Of a stretch of DNA of 64,000 nucleotides, positions 24,891-39,295 are shown piece after piece. The first letter of the stretch is position 1. Every line of letters begins with the position of its first letter. The translations under genes were made by a program, and so were the position numbers. The notes beneath the pieces were generated by a model. That model saw only the letters and a list, made by a program, of their open reading frames with translations. It ran no database searches and was not told the DNA's origin. The stretch comes from Lytechinus pictus (taxonomy: Eukaryota), in the NCBI RefSeq assembly GCF_037042905.1, contig NC_087258.1, positions 7,378,001 to 7,442,000 of the forward strand. The letters run 5' to 3'.

Positions 24891-26102
24891 AATAATAATA
24901 GTAATAATAATAACGTCATATTTACCCAGGGTAGCAACGGGCCCTCCTTAACATGATATTGTAAGATTATTTTGAAAATAATATTTCAATTTTGTAACAA
25001 AAGAGAAACGTTAGTTTGTCGTCAAAGTTCATTATTACTGTAAATGCTAAATCCTGGACCAGTTTATTCAATATGTTTTTGTCAGTAAAAATAATCGGTA
25101 CAAAAATGCGTAAATATCTATTCCTGTGTTGATCTCTGTGTTGGATTTAAACAGTCGCGTAACAGGCCAAAACGGGCCAAATTATGGCGTATGGAGCAAT
25201 GTTTTTTGACCACTTTAATAAAAGTTATAATTTAGTGAGAAAGTTTTACATACTATTTAGAAAGAATGTCATAATTCGCCCTTTCTCTTTTTCGTTCTCT
25301 CATGTTCGTCTTTTTTTGCTGGTGAAACTTGGGAGGGGGGGGGGTAGCATGGCCCTTTGGCCCCCCATCTGTACGACAGTGTGTTTTTTTTATCTGAATA
25401 TTTTCAATTTACTCTTCATATTTGGGAATGGATCAAGGAATCTTCAAAGGGCAGAAGGGGGAGGGGTATCCTTAAAAAAAGGAAAGTAAAATAAGACATT
25501 TATGAAATCAGTTTTCCCTTTAATGTATATCGTTACTTTTAAAGAAATGATTTTCTCCATAGTTTTGTTTTAATTTGTTCATGATTTGGTTTCAAAACGA
25601 GATGACTGAAAATTCTGAGAAAATTCCACTAAAAACAGATTAAACTATAACACATCACCACGACATTTATATCAGAAGTCCTAAATCTTAATCAGTGATT
25701 AATTGTGAATGAATCTTTAAAATAGGTTTTATCATAAAAGCACATTTTAAATATTAAATTTTAATGATTTTAATGAATCAAATGACGAGTTGAATCGTAA
25801 ATGAGGTTAGAGATGTTTTTTTAGCGCAAAGACCTGAAGCATTTCTTACTGTATATGACAACGATATCATGTCTATCGAAATCGCAAGTAGCCAGTCGAC
25901 TTAAAGTAATTACCATATTATTACAGCTTTCATGTATGATACAAGATCCCGTGATCACTGAACTATAAGGCGATGTAATCTTATCTGCCACATAAGGACA
26001 TAATGTGTTCAAGAATCTTATATGAAGTAGGATGTTAAGGGATCAGTTTAGTTTTCTGAAATATACATGGGTTCACTGAATGCTAAAAGGCATATTGCAT
26101 TA

Positions 26103-27288
26103 AGCCCCTTTCACAATTGACGTACGACCATTTGCGACCTTTTGGTCGTGCGACAGGCTGCAACAGGCATCAATCGCTAGTCATCTCATAAGATCGCACA
26201 GAGGCTTTCACAGTTGCAACAGCTGTCGTACAACAAAAACAACGAGTAAACCCCGTTGCACGAGTAAGTCGCATATGCTCTTATTGTGCTCGTGCGATCA
26301 CATGCGAGTGTTGCACGAGGGATTGCGAGCGGAACGGTCGCATACATGCGAATGAAACGGTAGTGCAATGTTGTAAGCCGTTGCGATCGGTCTTGCAACA
26401 GTCTTATGGCCCATATTTTTATCGCAACCAGTCGCAAGACAGGTCTCTGTACATGTAGGTCGCTTGCACATGTGCAAGTGTTGCACGACCTCCAGTCAAG
26501 TAAATGCGACTACTTAGTTGTACCACCTCTCGCACCAAGTCGTACAACGTTGAACAACACTCGCACGATGATCGCCCGACCGATGGTACGACCCCGGGTA
26601 CGGCCTGATGCGAGTGAATCGATCGTATTTGATCGCGTTCGGATTTTGAACATGTTCAAAGTTCAGATGTGACCAGTCACGACCACCTCGAGTTCGTGCG
26701 ACCGTCTACAACGACTGCGAGTGCTCGCAAGACACCAAGAGATCGATCGTGCAACAACAAGAAAAAACTGTTGCAGGCGGTCGTAAACTGGTCGGACGTC
26801 AATTGTGAAAGGGGCTGAACGGTCGCATACATCCGAATGCAACGGTAGTGGAATGTAGTAAGCCGTAATTTCGATCGGTCTTGCAACAGTCTCATATTAT
26901 CGCACCCAGTCGCAAGACTGGTTTCTGTAGGTCTCCAGCACATGTGCAAGTGTTGTACGACCTCCAGTCGACTAAATGCGACTATACTTAGTTGTGCCAC
27001 CTCTCGCACCAAGTCGTACAACGTTGAACAACACTCACACGATGATCGCCCGACCGATGGTACGACCTGTTGCGAGTGAATCAATCGTATTTGATCGCGT
27101 TTGGATTTTGAACATGTTCAAAGTTCAGATGCGACCAGCCACGATCACCTCCGACCACCTCGAGTTTGTGCGATCGTCTACAACGACTGCGAGTGCTCGC
27201 AAGACACCAAGGGATCGATCGTGCAACAACAAGAAAAAACTGTTGCAGGTGGTCGTAAACAGGTCGTACGTCAATTGTGAAAGGGGCT
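26103..27288. mobile_element. Harbinger-like non-autonomous element with duplicated right half
   Basis: TIR AGCCCCTTTCACAATTGACGTACGACC / GGTCGTACGTCAATTGTGAAAGGGGCT; extra right TIR ends at 26816; 26332-26816 is repeated at 26817-27288. Confidence 0.9.
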
Positions 27289-28518
27289 TAACATTGATCA
27301 TAAATATAAGCCCTCGTTCTTCTTGAGACATTCATGCGATTGTTACTCTGTACAGTGTTACATGAAATTATACAATGTGGACGGAATAGCAATAAGAGAA
27401 TAATCGGTTCTTTTTTAAAGAAGGGGAAGGAGTCCATTCTTCATGTTCTTCAAAGAAGGTTTTTCTGGAAGAGTGATTATGGAATGTTTATTTTTATTCT
27501 TTAAAAGAATATAAAAAAAATTCTATAGTGAAAAAAACAACAACAATGAAATTCACTCTTTGAAAGTATACTCTGGTTAGAATGTTAAGAAAAAGTAGAC
27601 GTAATGTCTAATATTAACGTGATAGTCATACAATACATTCAGAGATACTATACACAGAAAACTATATCTCATCACAAGCAAATCCCCATTTATCTGATTT
27701 CATTAAAAACACCTTACATAAAGCAGATTATCATATATGTTATCTGCGAGATTGATTTAACATAATTTATAAATATTTGTGATATTTTTTCTAGTTCGAT
27801 CTCCAATGTAATTATCAATATTTATATTAATTCATTATTAATATTCATATTAATATTCATATAATACGAATAAATATTAATTTGCTTCAGTAATGTTACA
27901 TTTTTTGGAGGAGAAATATGAAATTTTTGACAGAAGTACACATGCTATCACGGAACCCAAACCAGTCCGGCGAACTAGCTTATTGCATGAATCAATTAAG
28001 ATAATCCATGTTTTGACGTTTGATCAATAGTTGTACTTAGCACTCAAAATGATTGCAACTGCTAAAAGGCGTGTATATGAAAACAATATCCAATACTGAT
28101 AGCGTGTAATGGCCCAGTTAAGAGCGATGTGCTGCATACTGATTACACCAGGCGGCAAGGAGCAGACGACTACAGATGGTATAATTTTCTTGTTCAGGCC
28201 ATGTTCTCATTAACAGTTAGATTTATGCACCGCATTCGTCAATTATTTCTATCACTATACATGTACGTATTCAGGATTTTTATGTCATTCATTCAATCGT
28301 CCTTTTTGTGTGTTGCATTTGAGATTTTAAGTCATGTGTTTCAAGTCTAAGGTTTTCTACGAAAGTGTATGATAAAGATAAATCGAAAACTTCTCTACGT
28401 CAATTTCATCTTAATTGAATTCATCAAATCTTAATGTAAAACCTTGATTCATATGATTCCCAGAGCTTTTAAATGATTATGTCACTTCATTTAACCGCTG
28501 TTTCCTTAATCAGTTACC

Positions 28519-28770
28519 CAAGGGCGGAAATCTGTCTCCAAAGGTAGGGGGACCAGGGGCTGGAAATTTTGACAAGCAAAAAAAAAAAAGGTCACCCAAT
28601 AAGAAAGGTTCATCTCGTCCAAAATACATGTTTTAATTTCAATTTCTTTCTTTCCATCATAAAAGACCGAAAATAGGAGAGGGGACATTTGATATTGTGT
28701 CCCCCCTACTATTTTGGAAAGGGGGGGGGGGGGGACACGTCCCACTGTCCCCCTGGGATTTCCGCCCATG
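28519..28770 (+). mobile_element. hAT-type MITE (CA.GGGCGGAA family), copy 1
   Basis: CAAGGGCGGAAATC ... GATTTCCGCCCATG; partial TSD cagtt(acc/tca); homologue at 42049-42356 and an inverted partial at ~13470. Confidence 0.85.
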
Positions 28771-30833
28771 CAGTTTCAACATCCTTCCTGTAGTCATGGT
28801 AGTGTTTGGTCGAAAAAATATCTTGTCAACAATCAACAAGATTCAGTGGTTTATATGCACATGGTCTACACGCATTTTGTCATCTTGTCAGATGGTCTAA
28901 TACCAATTTGGTCCAATTGCTGTTTGGTATACACTTAACGTAGTCTAGTAAACGATTAGTCTAACTCTCATTTAGTCTAATGCCCAACTGGTTCGTCTAG
29001 TACTAATATTATCTTTGCCAATTGAAATTTTGGTTCATAAACGGTTGCCTAAATGGATATAGCCTAATTGGAAATAAGACAAATCGGTAAAGGGGCTAAA
29101 TGAAAATTAGACCAAATGATAAGTAGAGGAACTAGCTGTAGACGAACTGAGATTAAACCAGGTGAAATGAGATGAATTACCGAAGCAAAGACCGCAGGAT
29201 TTGAAATGGGTAAATCTTAGATTGTTGTGGGTCGCCTTAAAAACCTCAAATACAACTATCACCAGAAAGATGTCAAATTATAATTTTTCGTAAAGCTTGT
29301 ATTGGTGCAATCTTGTGGCCTTGAAGCAGTGCATCTATTTATTCATTGCGTGCATAAACACGTATACTGCTTCTTTTTTGCCTTTGTGAAGCGAAATAAT
29401 GTCAGCACAATATTGGTCGACCTTGGTAAAGAGGAAATGATAATATGAAAGTGAGTTTTAGCTTTGGCATGACGTATATGTATGGTATATATACCAGGGT
29501 AGTTCTGCTGTTTGTTAACGAGGCACTCGACCGTTAACTCGTGATATATGGCGGGATTATTTGTAATTAGAAATATTGCTGGTACCTGTAAATTCATATA
29601 TATAATAGGTCTGCAATAAATGGAAATTGAAATTCGCAGGATTGCAATGAAACGTTTGCATCAAGTTCTTTAGTGACTTTATTTAATATCAGAATGCAGT
29701 AATGTTGCCTTTTTATTTCGTCAGGGGAAGAAATATCAGCGTGTAGAGCTCATTTCTAAAAAAAAAATCAGGTAAATTGTTATTCCAGTATACTGCCCCT
29801 ATATCTCACACCCACACACCCTCACACAAACCGTTTCACATAAACGCACAGCGCACACGTACAGTATATATGCATAGACACAGACACCCACACATTCGCA
29901 CACTCACCCTCACACACCCACAGTCACATGATCGTAATCACGAGGATAATTATCCATTCTCTGTCAGAAAACTGACGGAATAAGACTCGACTCAATGAAT
30001 GAATTGACATGCGAGGACTTTATCTGGTTAACATCAGATACTCTTATTAAAAAAACACAATGAATTAACGTGATATCAAAAGGAGGGAAAATAGAAAAAG
30101 AAATCGAGAGATCGAAAAGGAAAATTCCAGAATCATTTGATCTTTCGATGGTCATCCACCATTTTTTTCATAGCCTCTTTACAGTCACCACGCATCCTTT
30201 ATAAATCGGATGTTTACAAGTGATATTGTACGGTTATATCGCTTAGCTTGGCGCCTCACGAAATGCAGTGCCATAAATCTGACATTATATAGATAGTGGC
30301 ACGGTGCACACGAAATCGTAGATGAGAGGGAAATCATGTCCTTCAAGCGGTTTGCTGTTTACGAGGCGTGCAGCTATCATACTTCATGTTCACCCAATAA
30401 TGCGCGGAACAACATCTTGATATCTAATAATGATACGCCTACATCACTACATTGGCTATTTTGGCGGGTGAATCGGAGTTTAATGGATGTGCTTAAGTGA
30501 TTGCAAATTCAAGAAAATTTACTGGAGTCGATGACTGATAAATAACCTAAGATTAAAGGTCTCATGTTTTCTTCATTTCTTTCGGGGGTAGGAATTCTAC
30601 GTACCACGTTTTCATTGAAAAGCTCTCTTTTATTCGCCATAATGAACTTTGATTGCCAATGAGTTTCTGACGGTGAGAAATATTAGCCGCACGTGCTTCT
30701 CTCAACCTTATTGAGGAATATGAGTTCGAAGTCATGTGCGAGTCGTGATAGCCATTTTATGTCAGACTGATCATATCTACATGCAGTGAGGTGTAATATT
30801 TAAAGCTCAGATTACAAATAGAGAAATCTTTAA

Positions 30834-31444
30834 AGGACAAGTCCACCCCAACAAAACATTGATTTGAAAAAAGGAGAAAAATCCAACAAGCAAAACACTG
30901 AAAATTTCATCGAAATCGGATGTAAAATAAGAAAGTTATGACATTTTAAAGTTTTGCTTAATTTCACAAAACAGTAATATGTACATCCTGGTCGGTATGC
31001 AAAAAATTATTGGCAGACTGATGACGTCACCCACTCACTATTTCTTTTGTATTTTATTATATATGAAATATGAAATATTCTAATTTTCTCCTCCTTGTCA
31101 AGTGAAAAGAAGTTGTATTTCTCCCTGAACATGTGGAATTACCATCATTTTATTTGTTTATGGTTAAGTTAAGTTGGTCCTTATTGTCAAATCTGTAAAA
31201 ATTGAAATATTGTATTATTCAAACGATAAAAAACAAAAGAAATAGTGAGTGATGGACATCATCGACTCTCTCATTTGCATATCGCTGAGTTGTGCATTTA
31301 GCTGTTTTGTGAAAAATAAGCGAAACTTAAAAACGTCATAACTTTCTTATTTTACATCCGATTTCGATGAAATCTGCAGCATTATGTTTGTTTGATTTTT
31401 CTCTATCAATTCAAATCAGCAATTTTCTGGGGTGGACTTGACCT
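30834..31444. mobile_element. TTAA-flanked Kolobok-type MITE, copy 2
   Basis: same TIRs and TTAA flanks as 21757-22390. Confidence 0.92.
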
Positions 31445-32029
31445 TTAAAATAACCGTACTTCTATTTGCCCCTTGAAATATTTCTATAGCATGTCACGTA
31501 CATGATCTATCTCTTGTCTGCCAACACTCGATCTATTCATGTCTCCTCCAGAAGTTTTATCCTGATAATTTCAGAGGCGAAAATAAAACAATGATCCATA
31601 TAATCTGATATTCTAGGTTAAAATACTAAACTTATGGTCTAAGTCTGAGGCAGTTAAGGGTAAAATTACATCTACAAAAAACACGTTTTTATTTCATATC
31701 ATCTATGCCTTTAATACTGTCAATCAATGAAACCCTAACATTTTGAGGACATGTACATTCATAATGATTAATATAAATGAAATGGAAAAAAGTGACAGAT
31801 ATGAGGGTTGTGGCCATGACTAAGAGGAAACTTTAAATAACTGTGTCAGATTTTGCTATCCATTTTCAGATCACACTTGACTTAGTATACTGGATTTATA
31901 TGGGCCAATGAATTGTTAAAAATATATTCCCTTGAATGCATTTCCCATATGACATGATGTTCTTTTGAGATAGTGCATCACTAATCCAAAGTACTTGCTG
32001 AGGTCAATATTCTCATCTTGATATCCTTG

Positions 32030-32165
32030 AAAGCGATTAACGAAACGTCTTATCAGTGATTGTCACAGATAATTATCCTCTCAGCCAATCAGCTTCAAGG
32101 ATTTCAGTAGCTTATAACAAAAACCTATCAAAATCACGGACAGGTCACCTCATGAAACGCTCCCG
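32030..32165. mobile_element. degenerate short MITE, same family as 1847-1983
   Basis: internal ccaatcagcttcaaggatttcagtagc; right end tcatgaaacgctccc. Confidence 0.5.
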
Positions 32166-32949
32166 GCTGTCTTGGGTTGTAACAAGAGGAAAATTATACA
32201 TTCAAAGATACCATCGATCAGCTCAATCCCATGGGTCAATGTCGATATTAGGATAGAAGCTTGTGTGTTCCTTGCATACATAATTGAGTGAGGGTGATCC
32301 CCTCTGGACACATGAGCACAGGTGTGAAGCAAATATGAAATTGACAATGTCTTTTTTTGGTGGAATTGGGAGGGTGAATAATGGAGAAATTGGAATCAGT
32401 TGGTACTTGCTCTGAACGTCCCCCCCAAAAAAGTGTAAAAAATAATATTTTTATACATTTGTTGACAATTTACTGTCATTTTTAGCGATTAAAAAAAATA
32501 TTGGTTGGGCGGCCTTTTTTCATTCTAAACTTCTGCTAGACTTCTCTTTTCCTTTCTTGTCCATGAGCAGCCCACCCCAAATGAATAAAATATTTGATGA
32601 CAATGACACTGGTCATATGACATTTCAGAATAACCCGGCCGTGTCATCATTTACACCGCAATCAGTCTGCAATAAAAAAGTAATCAGTTCCGTGGGAGGG
32701 TGTGAAGTAGAAGTCACCCCTCCTTATCGGGACCAATTTTTCTTTGAAAATATTCCCGAGAATTATTTGAATAGTTGTAAACAAGAAGCCGGAGTTCCAT
32801 CTTGAGCTTCTGGTGATAGAAATGCAATGACAGCAAAACGATCAAACGAAGTTGAAATTATTATGGGTCAGCCGGATGTAATTAATATGTCTTTAATTTT
32901 ATATATTTCTAGTACATGTTGGTACCATAGACCTATTAGTAATTGATTA

Positions 32950-33160
32950 TTTATCATCATTAATACAATTAAGTTATGATTGTTGTTATAATTATTACTA
33001 TTATCAATATTTGTTTTAGGTTATTATTATCATTATTAATCATATTACGATTAGTGTTATCATTAACATTAGTAATATCATTATTATCACCATCATCATT
33101 CTCATCATAATCATTGTTATTAAAACAATTAATATATTATGATGATTATGATTTTATTAC
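32950..33160. repeat. degenerate (ATT/ATC)n low-complexity tract
   Basis: attattatcatc runs. Confidence 0.8.
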
Positions 33161-34024
33161 AAAATATTTATCAGCGTGTGAAGGACTGCGAATAAAAACC
33201 CATCTAATCATGAAATTAATAATTAACCACTGGTGTCGTTCACCAACCAGCCAGTCTATTATACCTTGTTAAAAATCAATTTCAACGGTGCCGGCGAGAA
33301 GAATGGTTAATAATTCTTTTCCAATTTCGTGAAATATAACATGAGGCGATTTGACATTAATTGCAATTTCCAATCAATTATCTAGGCGCGGCGAACAGAA
33401 AAAATGCTGCGAATAGCAGAGTGTATGTCTGCGTAGGTGTGAGGGTTTTTATCGGAAAAGAGACAATCGGTGTAATTGGAAAACATGTCAACGTATTTCT
33501 TCAACTTAATCATTAATCTAGAATATTATGTCATTGTATTAACTTTTATTGTGTAACAGGCATACATAATGATTATGGTTTATAAGGGTAGGGTTTTTTT
33601 TATTGGGCGCCCTAAAAAACATCCAAAACTGTTGTTGAAATATATTGTTTCCTAAACAATAATTTTCATTTAATTCTTTTAAATTTCTGTATTTGTATGT
33701 TTCCTTTACTATGTATATGACCTTGACCAATTTATTTATGTATTTATTTATTTATGTATTCATTTATTTTTTCATATATTCATATTCCACAATTCCTCAA
33801 AGTAGATTTCATAATAAATCATTTCCAGTGAAAAAATACATCAACTGCATAACTTATGCAGTTTTGAAACATACCAATAAAATAAATAAAGAGGGGACTA
33901 TTGCAAAACAAAGCTTGTAAGATGTAGACCCCCTATCAAAATTTTATACAAGGGTAATATGATATGATACGATATGACAAGGTCAAATTTCCAGTTTTGA
34001 CCTTTTCATGAGAGATTACAGTAT

Positions 34025-34225
34025 TGGGTGTTGTGTTTCCGGTGATCCAATCTGATCAAAGCTACACGGGAAAGTTACGAACTGATGCAGAGGTTCGAGG
34101 TTCGAATCTCGGGTCACGTCTTTCGGATATTGACGTCAATCATATCTGATTGATAAACCTGTGTAAAAGTCATTAAGAATTATCATATAAAGAAAAACAG
34201 CCCCCAATTATTGGCCTTATCACAT
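34025..34225 (+). mobile_element. possible decayed SINE (B box GGTTCGAATC)
   Basis: aggttcgagGTTCGAATCtcggg at ~34091-34113; A box weak. Confidence 0.35.
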
Positions 34226-36531
34226 TACAACTACAAAATTTAGAGATCTATGAGGGTAAGGAAAGTGAAGAAAAATGGCAGTGTAATAATAGAAGTAGGT
34301 TAGGAATAATAAAAAAGAAGGCAGAGATAGAGATAGAGATACAGAAAAATGAAACCAATCCCTAAAAATAATTTTTTTAAGTGAAGATCATTAATGTGAT
34401 GTTTTTAATGAACACAACTTGTAATGTCATGCAATCAAATTGGGTGTTCGTATATAATACGAAAAGGAGAACGACAAATAGTATACTCTTCATAAAACAA
34501 ACATTAAGAAAACGAGAACATGAGCAATTAGCAACTGCTTCTTCAATCAATCAATCAAAAATAACATCACTAAAAGTAGCAGCAATAACAACATATTCCG
34601 AAACAATATTGTAATGAAGATAGATCAATTGCACCTGTACGCCATTAGAACCAGATACAATATAAATACGTTAATTAAGAGATGTCCAGTAGTGCATTTA
34701 CGACATAAGTTGAAATAATTAAGTGACCTTATGTACATGTATTTGAGGAACCTTATGTACATGTATGTACATCGTATGGTAAAAACAGAGCCTTATAAAT
34801 CAGAATTGAGCATTTTTACCATCGTCGCCGTCATTATGATCATCACCACTGTCATCATCATTGTCGTTATCATCATCGACTTTATCATGACAGCAATGGA
34901 CAAATAACTATATTGATAAGAGTAATAATAACAACGAGATGATGATGACGAAGAAGAAGAAGTAGATGAAGAAGAAGAAGAAAAAGTAAAGTAAAGAGAA
35001 GGAAAAAGATGAGGAGTAGGGGAATAAGAGATGTCTATCTCGTATCAATGACACAATGATCATAACGAGAAATTTACTGGATGATATCATAATGAGTTTA
35101 TATAAACATGAAATAATAGTGAAATTGCAAAGTGGCTTCTGTGAAAATTACGGCTAGAAGATTTGCGAGAAAAGGAGTGTCGAATTATACTGAGAACGCT
35201 TTTACGTGTTGGTGTGAGTTTTTTCACCTGATTATACTTGTATTTAGTCATATTAGCATAATTCATTGTTGTAAATGAGCTGCAATAAATCACGTAAATT
35301 TTATCTAAACATGTATCGTATTTCCTTCCGTCAGCTTGCTGTAGTTGATTTATTACGTTAGTACCTTCAAATTTAATTTCCCAATTTAAATGCAAATAAT
35401 GAGAAGAAAGCCATTTTGTGGCGCCAGATTGTATGTAAACTGACTTTTTATGCAAGATTAGTGCTTGACAAACTCAGACTCTCTTCGTTTACATCGATTT
35501 ATCGTGTTCTTATGCAAGAGAACAAATATGCTATATAATATTCCATACTCTTATTCTGATGATACTACTGAAACGCGTAAAGTGTTTACGGTCATTCATT
35601 ACTCCTAAGTCATGTAAGTATCCCTTTATTTCCATTTTAGTCGCCACTTTGAATATCTTGTGTTTTTATGCAAGATACAAAAGGACAATCCTATCCTCCA
35701 TATTTTTATCCTCATATCGCTATTGAAACACGAAAACAATATTTTCTACGGTCTTTTATTACTAATGATTGAGCTTTTATTTTTTATTGCCATTTTATGG
35801 CTTAAAATCACTTTCTATCAGAAAATATGAAGTAATTTTATGACCGTAGTTTTATGATCGGTTGATAATTTTTCGTTCGAACTGTGACGAAGTAAATATA
35901 CGGTGAGGTACAAAACCAGTATGATTAAACTTTCAAATAGAGCAGCTAATTAAACTGATGGCCAAAAAGCATCATAGAGCCTACACTGTTACTACAAATC
36001 TATTTCGTTCAGGTTATCTAAATCATGAAAATGACAATGATTGGATATACACTGTACCTAATAAAAGGATTTGAAATTTTTGCATGGACTTTATATATAT
36101 GCAACATTAATTAATAATGGTATGCATTTTATTTCTTGCAATTAAAATTTTTACTTGTTTGACAGATCTTAGACATAGGCCTACGTGCTCAATTGCACAT
36201 GCTCTGAAAACACTTTAAGGACACGATAATGAATTACAAATCCACAAGGAACGGAAATTGCCATTTCTCTATACACATTTCTAAGATATCTTTCAGTATT
36301 TAGGTTTCATAAGTATAGATTTCAATCTTTAATTCGTGGTTTTTAATCGGAAATATGACTTGGACATGGACTAAATTGGCTACCTCTTGCACAATATATA
36401 TATATATATACACATGCACCCCGTCAAGAGGACAGTCCATTATTACATGCACGTGTAAATATGATAGGTGACCGCTCAAGGTCATTACACATCCCTTTCG
36501 TGTAAAGCACAGCGGTATGGTTTAGCCAGGG

Positions 36532-36635
36532 ACAGCCACACAAACGAAACCGAGTCCAAATCGACCGATTATACGCGGTTCGAAATAATGTAAAAGCTTC
36601 AACCGGTCTGGAATCGGTTTAGTTGCTGTGACTGC
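36532..36635. mobile_element. ~115-bp hairpin MITE family member
   Basis: cagccacac.aacgaaaccga ... tcggtttagttgctgtgactg. Confidence 0.7.
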
Positions 36636-39295
36636 GACATCAAACACGATGGGAATATTATCATGAAAACTAATTACAATACCCTCCCCTCCTCCGCTCT
36701 GATCATTAGGGGAAGTTATTTTGAAGTGCGACGACCTACTCGCTGCATGTTATGTACTGGTCATCAAATTATGCATTAAGTACTTTCCCAGTAATACTCA
36801 ACTATCGATATGCATTTGCAACAACTCCTTTTTAACTGGAAGATGTTGAAATGTCAGTTATTATTGTCCTTCCGAGAGGGAACGATTTGTCATTTTGATG
36901 TCATATAAATATGATGTGGGAAGGTGTGTGCGTGTGTATCCGTGAGTGGATGTAAGTTTGTAATGACTTTTTTTTTGGAACATTTTTCTTGCATTTTACC
37001 AATCAACCGGGAACGTCCCAGGTCCAGATAAATCAATCCCATCTCATTTAAAACAATTTCATAATAGTAGCCCGTGATTTGTCAAAGACACCGTTTGTCC
37101 AATAAACTCATCCTCACCATCCTCCTCACCATCATCATCATCATCATCTATACTGACCTGTCAGCATGACACAGGTTCAATGACCCCAAAAGTTTTTGCG
37201 TCAAGTTTTAACATTTCATACCTCGTTGCTCCAAATTCTTTAATTAAATTGCACATATAACGCAAGTTAAATTTAATTACCAGAATACCCGATTTAATAA
37301 TGATGATTATGATCTTAGGTAGTTCACAGAAACCATAGAGTAGGCCTATTCCAAAGTTCATTCTGAAACCCAACTCCTTTTATAATTTGAAACCGACCCT
37401 TATTCTATCCCTCCGTAATCGGGGAAAACCTTTTTAGGCCTTATTCCATTTTGACATTTTGTTCTAGCTGAAAAATTTCTCGAATTTTCAGAGTTGTCTC
37501 TCATGATTCCATACGCTCCAGATCCCCCCCCGAAGATGATTTTGTCCGAATTGCGTACCAGGAATATAAAGAGTCACTTATGCACAATTTATGTGGGGGT
37601 AATAAACCCGGGGGATGAGCTATTTTCAGCCTCTTTAAAATGGAGCCTTTAGTTACCTTGACAATAAATCATTAACAATTAATTGAAATATGTCACCGTG
37701 GAATTTACTGGAATACATTATACCACGGTGCTCCATTTCAGCATCATCGCGAACGTGCTGATATATAACTATTTAAAATGTGCAAAAGATAAAACACCAT
37801 TATAGTTTTTCTGTTTTACTATAATTATCCGGATCTAACACATTGGTATTTTCTGTACAGAATTGAAGGTTTGTCATACTGATTTCCAGGTGGTGTTTTC
37901 ATGAAAGAAATGCATTGTATCTGATAAGAATTTTATGAGAAATCATTATTTGTATCTTTACAAAAGTCACATAAGAGTTACATACAATTACGAAGCACAA
38001 ATAAATTATGGGGGGCCATGAGTGTAACGAAAATTATATTTTGAAGAAAATGTGCAATGTATACACGTGACCTTTCTTGTGGGCTTCCATGTGGGCTTTC
38101 TTAAGGACCCAACTGGAAATAAGCTTTCGAACATTTATGGGATATCCTCTTCAAGCATACTGATTTTATTTTTGATGCATTCAAATATTGGCTATTTATT
38201 GGTGACTTGGCAAAAATAAATGAATAAATAAATATTTACTTTGTGGGATATAAGGCTCGAACATGATTGCATTACGTGATTCGAATGACTCGTTGGTATG
38301 GGCCTTCTTTCAGTGTCAACCTCGTGTAAGACTCGTAGATGTCTATTTTGTGAGTAGAGTGACTCGTGGACTATAACGTTGCTCATATGCCATTAGATGT
38401 CTACTACGAGGGCTGTATCATTCTTGATTATTAGGCCTAAATGACTCATGAGCTATATGGCTCTGGGCCTTTTCCCCAATTGTTTACATCGTGGGATACA
38501 AGTATGACATGTATGACTCGTGGGCTAAACATGTGGGCTTTCTTGAAATGTTACAACCGTTGGAAGTATGACTCGTGGAAAATATAGGTCATACATTATA
38601 TGATGTGTGGACCACTTTTTAGTGACGACTTCATAGGCTATATTACTCATGGGTGCCTAGCCTAAGGGTGTTAAACCCCTCTGCCTAAAAAACTAGTTTT
38701 CCATCTATGCTAAGTCCACAGTATCTCAGCATGGAAAATTTAATTTACTTCGCTTCATCAACTTATCTTTCTCTTGGGTGATATTGTTAGCTCTGAAGGC
38801 CATGGGTTATACCTTTTACAATTCAAATTACTTCCATCAGATATATTAGCTGACCCCCTTTCTACACCCTCATCCTCCAATGACCAGCAACGCTAGTATG
38901 TCAATTATCATCGGGGCCATTTAATTTCACGCCGCATCCCTAAGGAGAAAGCCGTTGCCAGGGTAGCAGATACTCCTCTATTAATTACCTATCCATTTCT
39001 TGAAGTAGATGGATACTTCCCTTCCCCCTAAAAATGAATTATTCACAAGCTTTACAAATTGAAGTTTTAATTATTGAACTTGTTATCTCAGGCCTATATC
39101 ATTGACGATTGAGTTTGGTCAGTGAACCGTTTAGCTTATCGCAATTTTAATCGTTTTCCTGGGCAGTTAGGAGGAAGCTCATTATCTTTTAGCACAAATT
39201 TTAATATGGCATCAGAGGAAAGGGATTATTAGCATAAAACCATTTGATATGATAAAAGTGTTTGGCACGTGAACAGAAATGTGGTAACCTCGCAA

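Noticed and set aside
26186-27331. Cluster of 60-135-aa ORFs as a transposase
   Set aside because: No DDE or DNA-binding motifs; products of a GC-richer non-autonomous element and its duplication.
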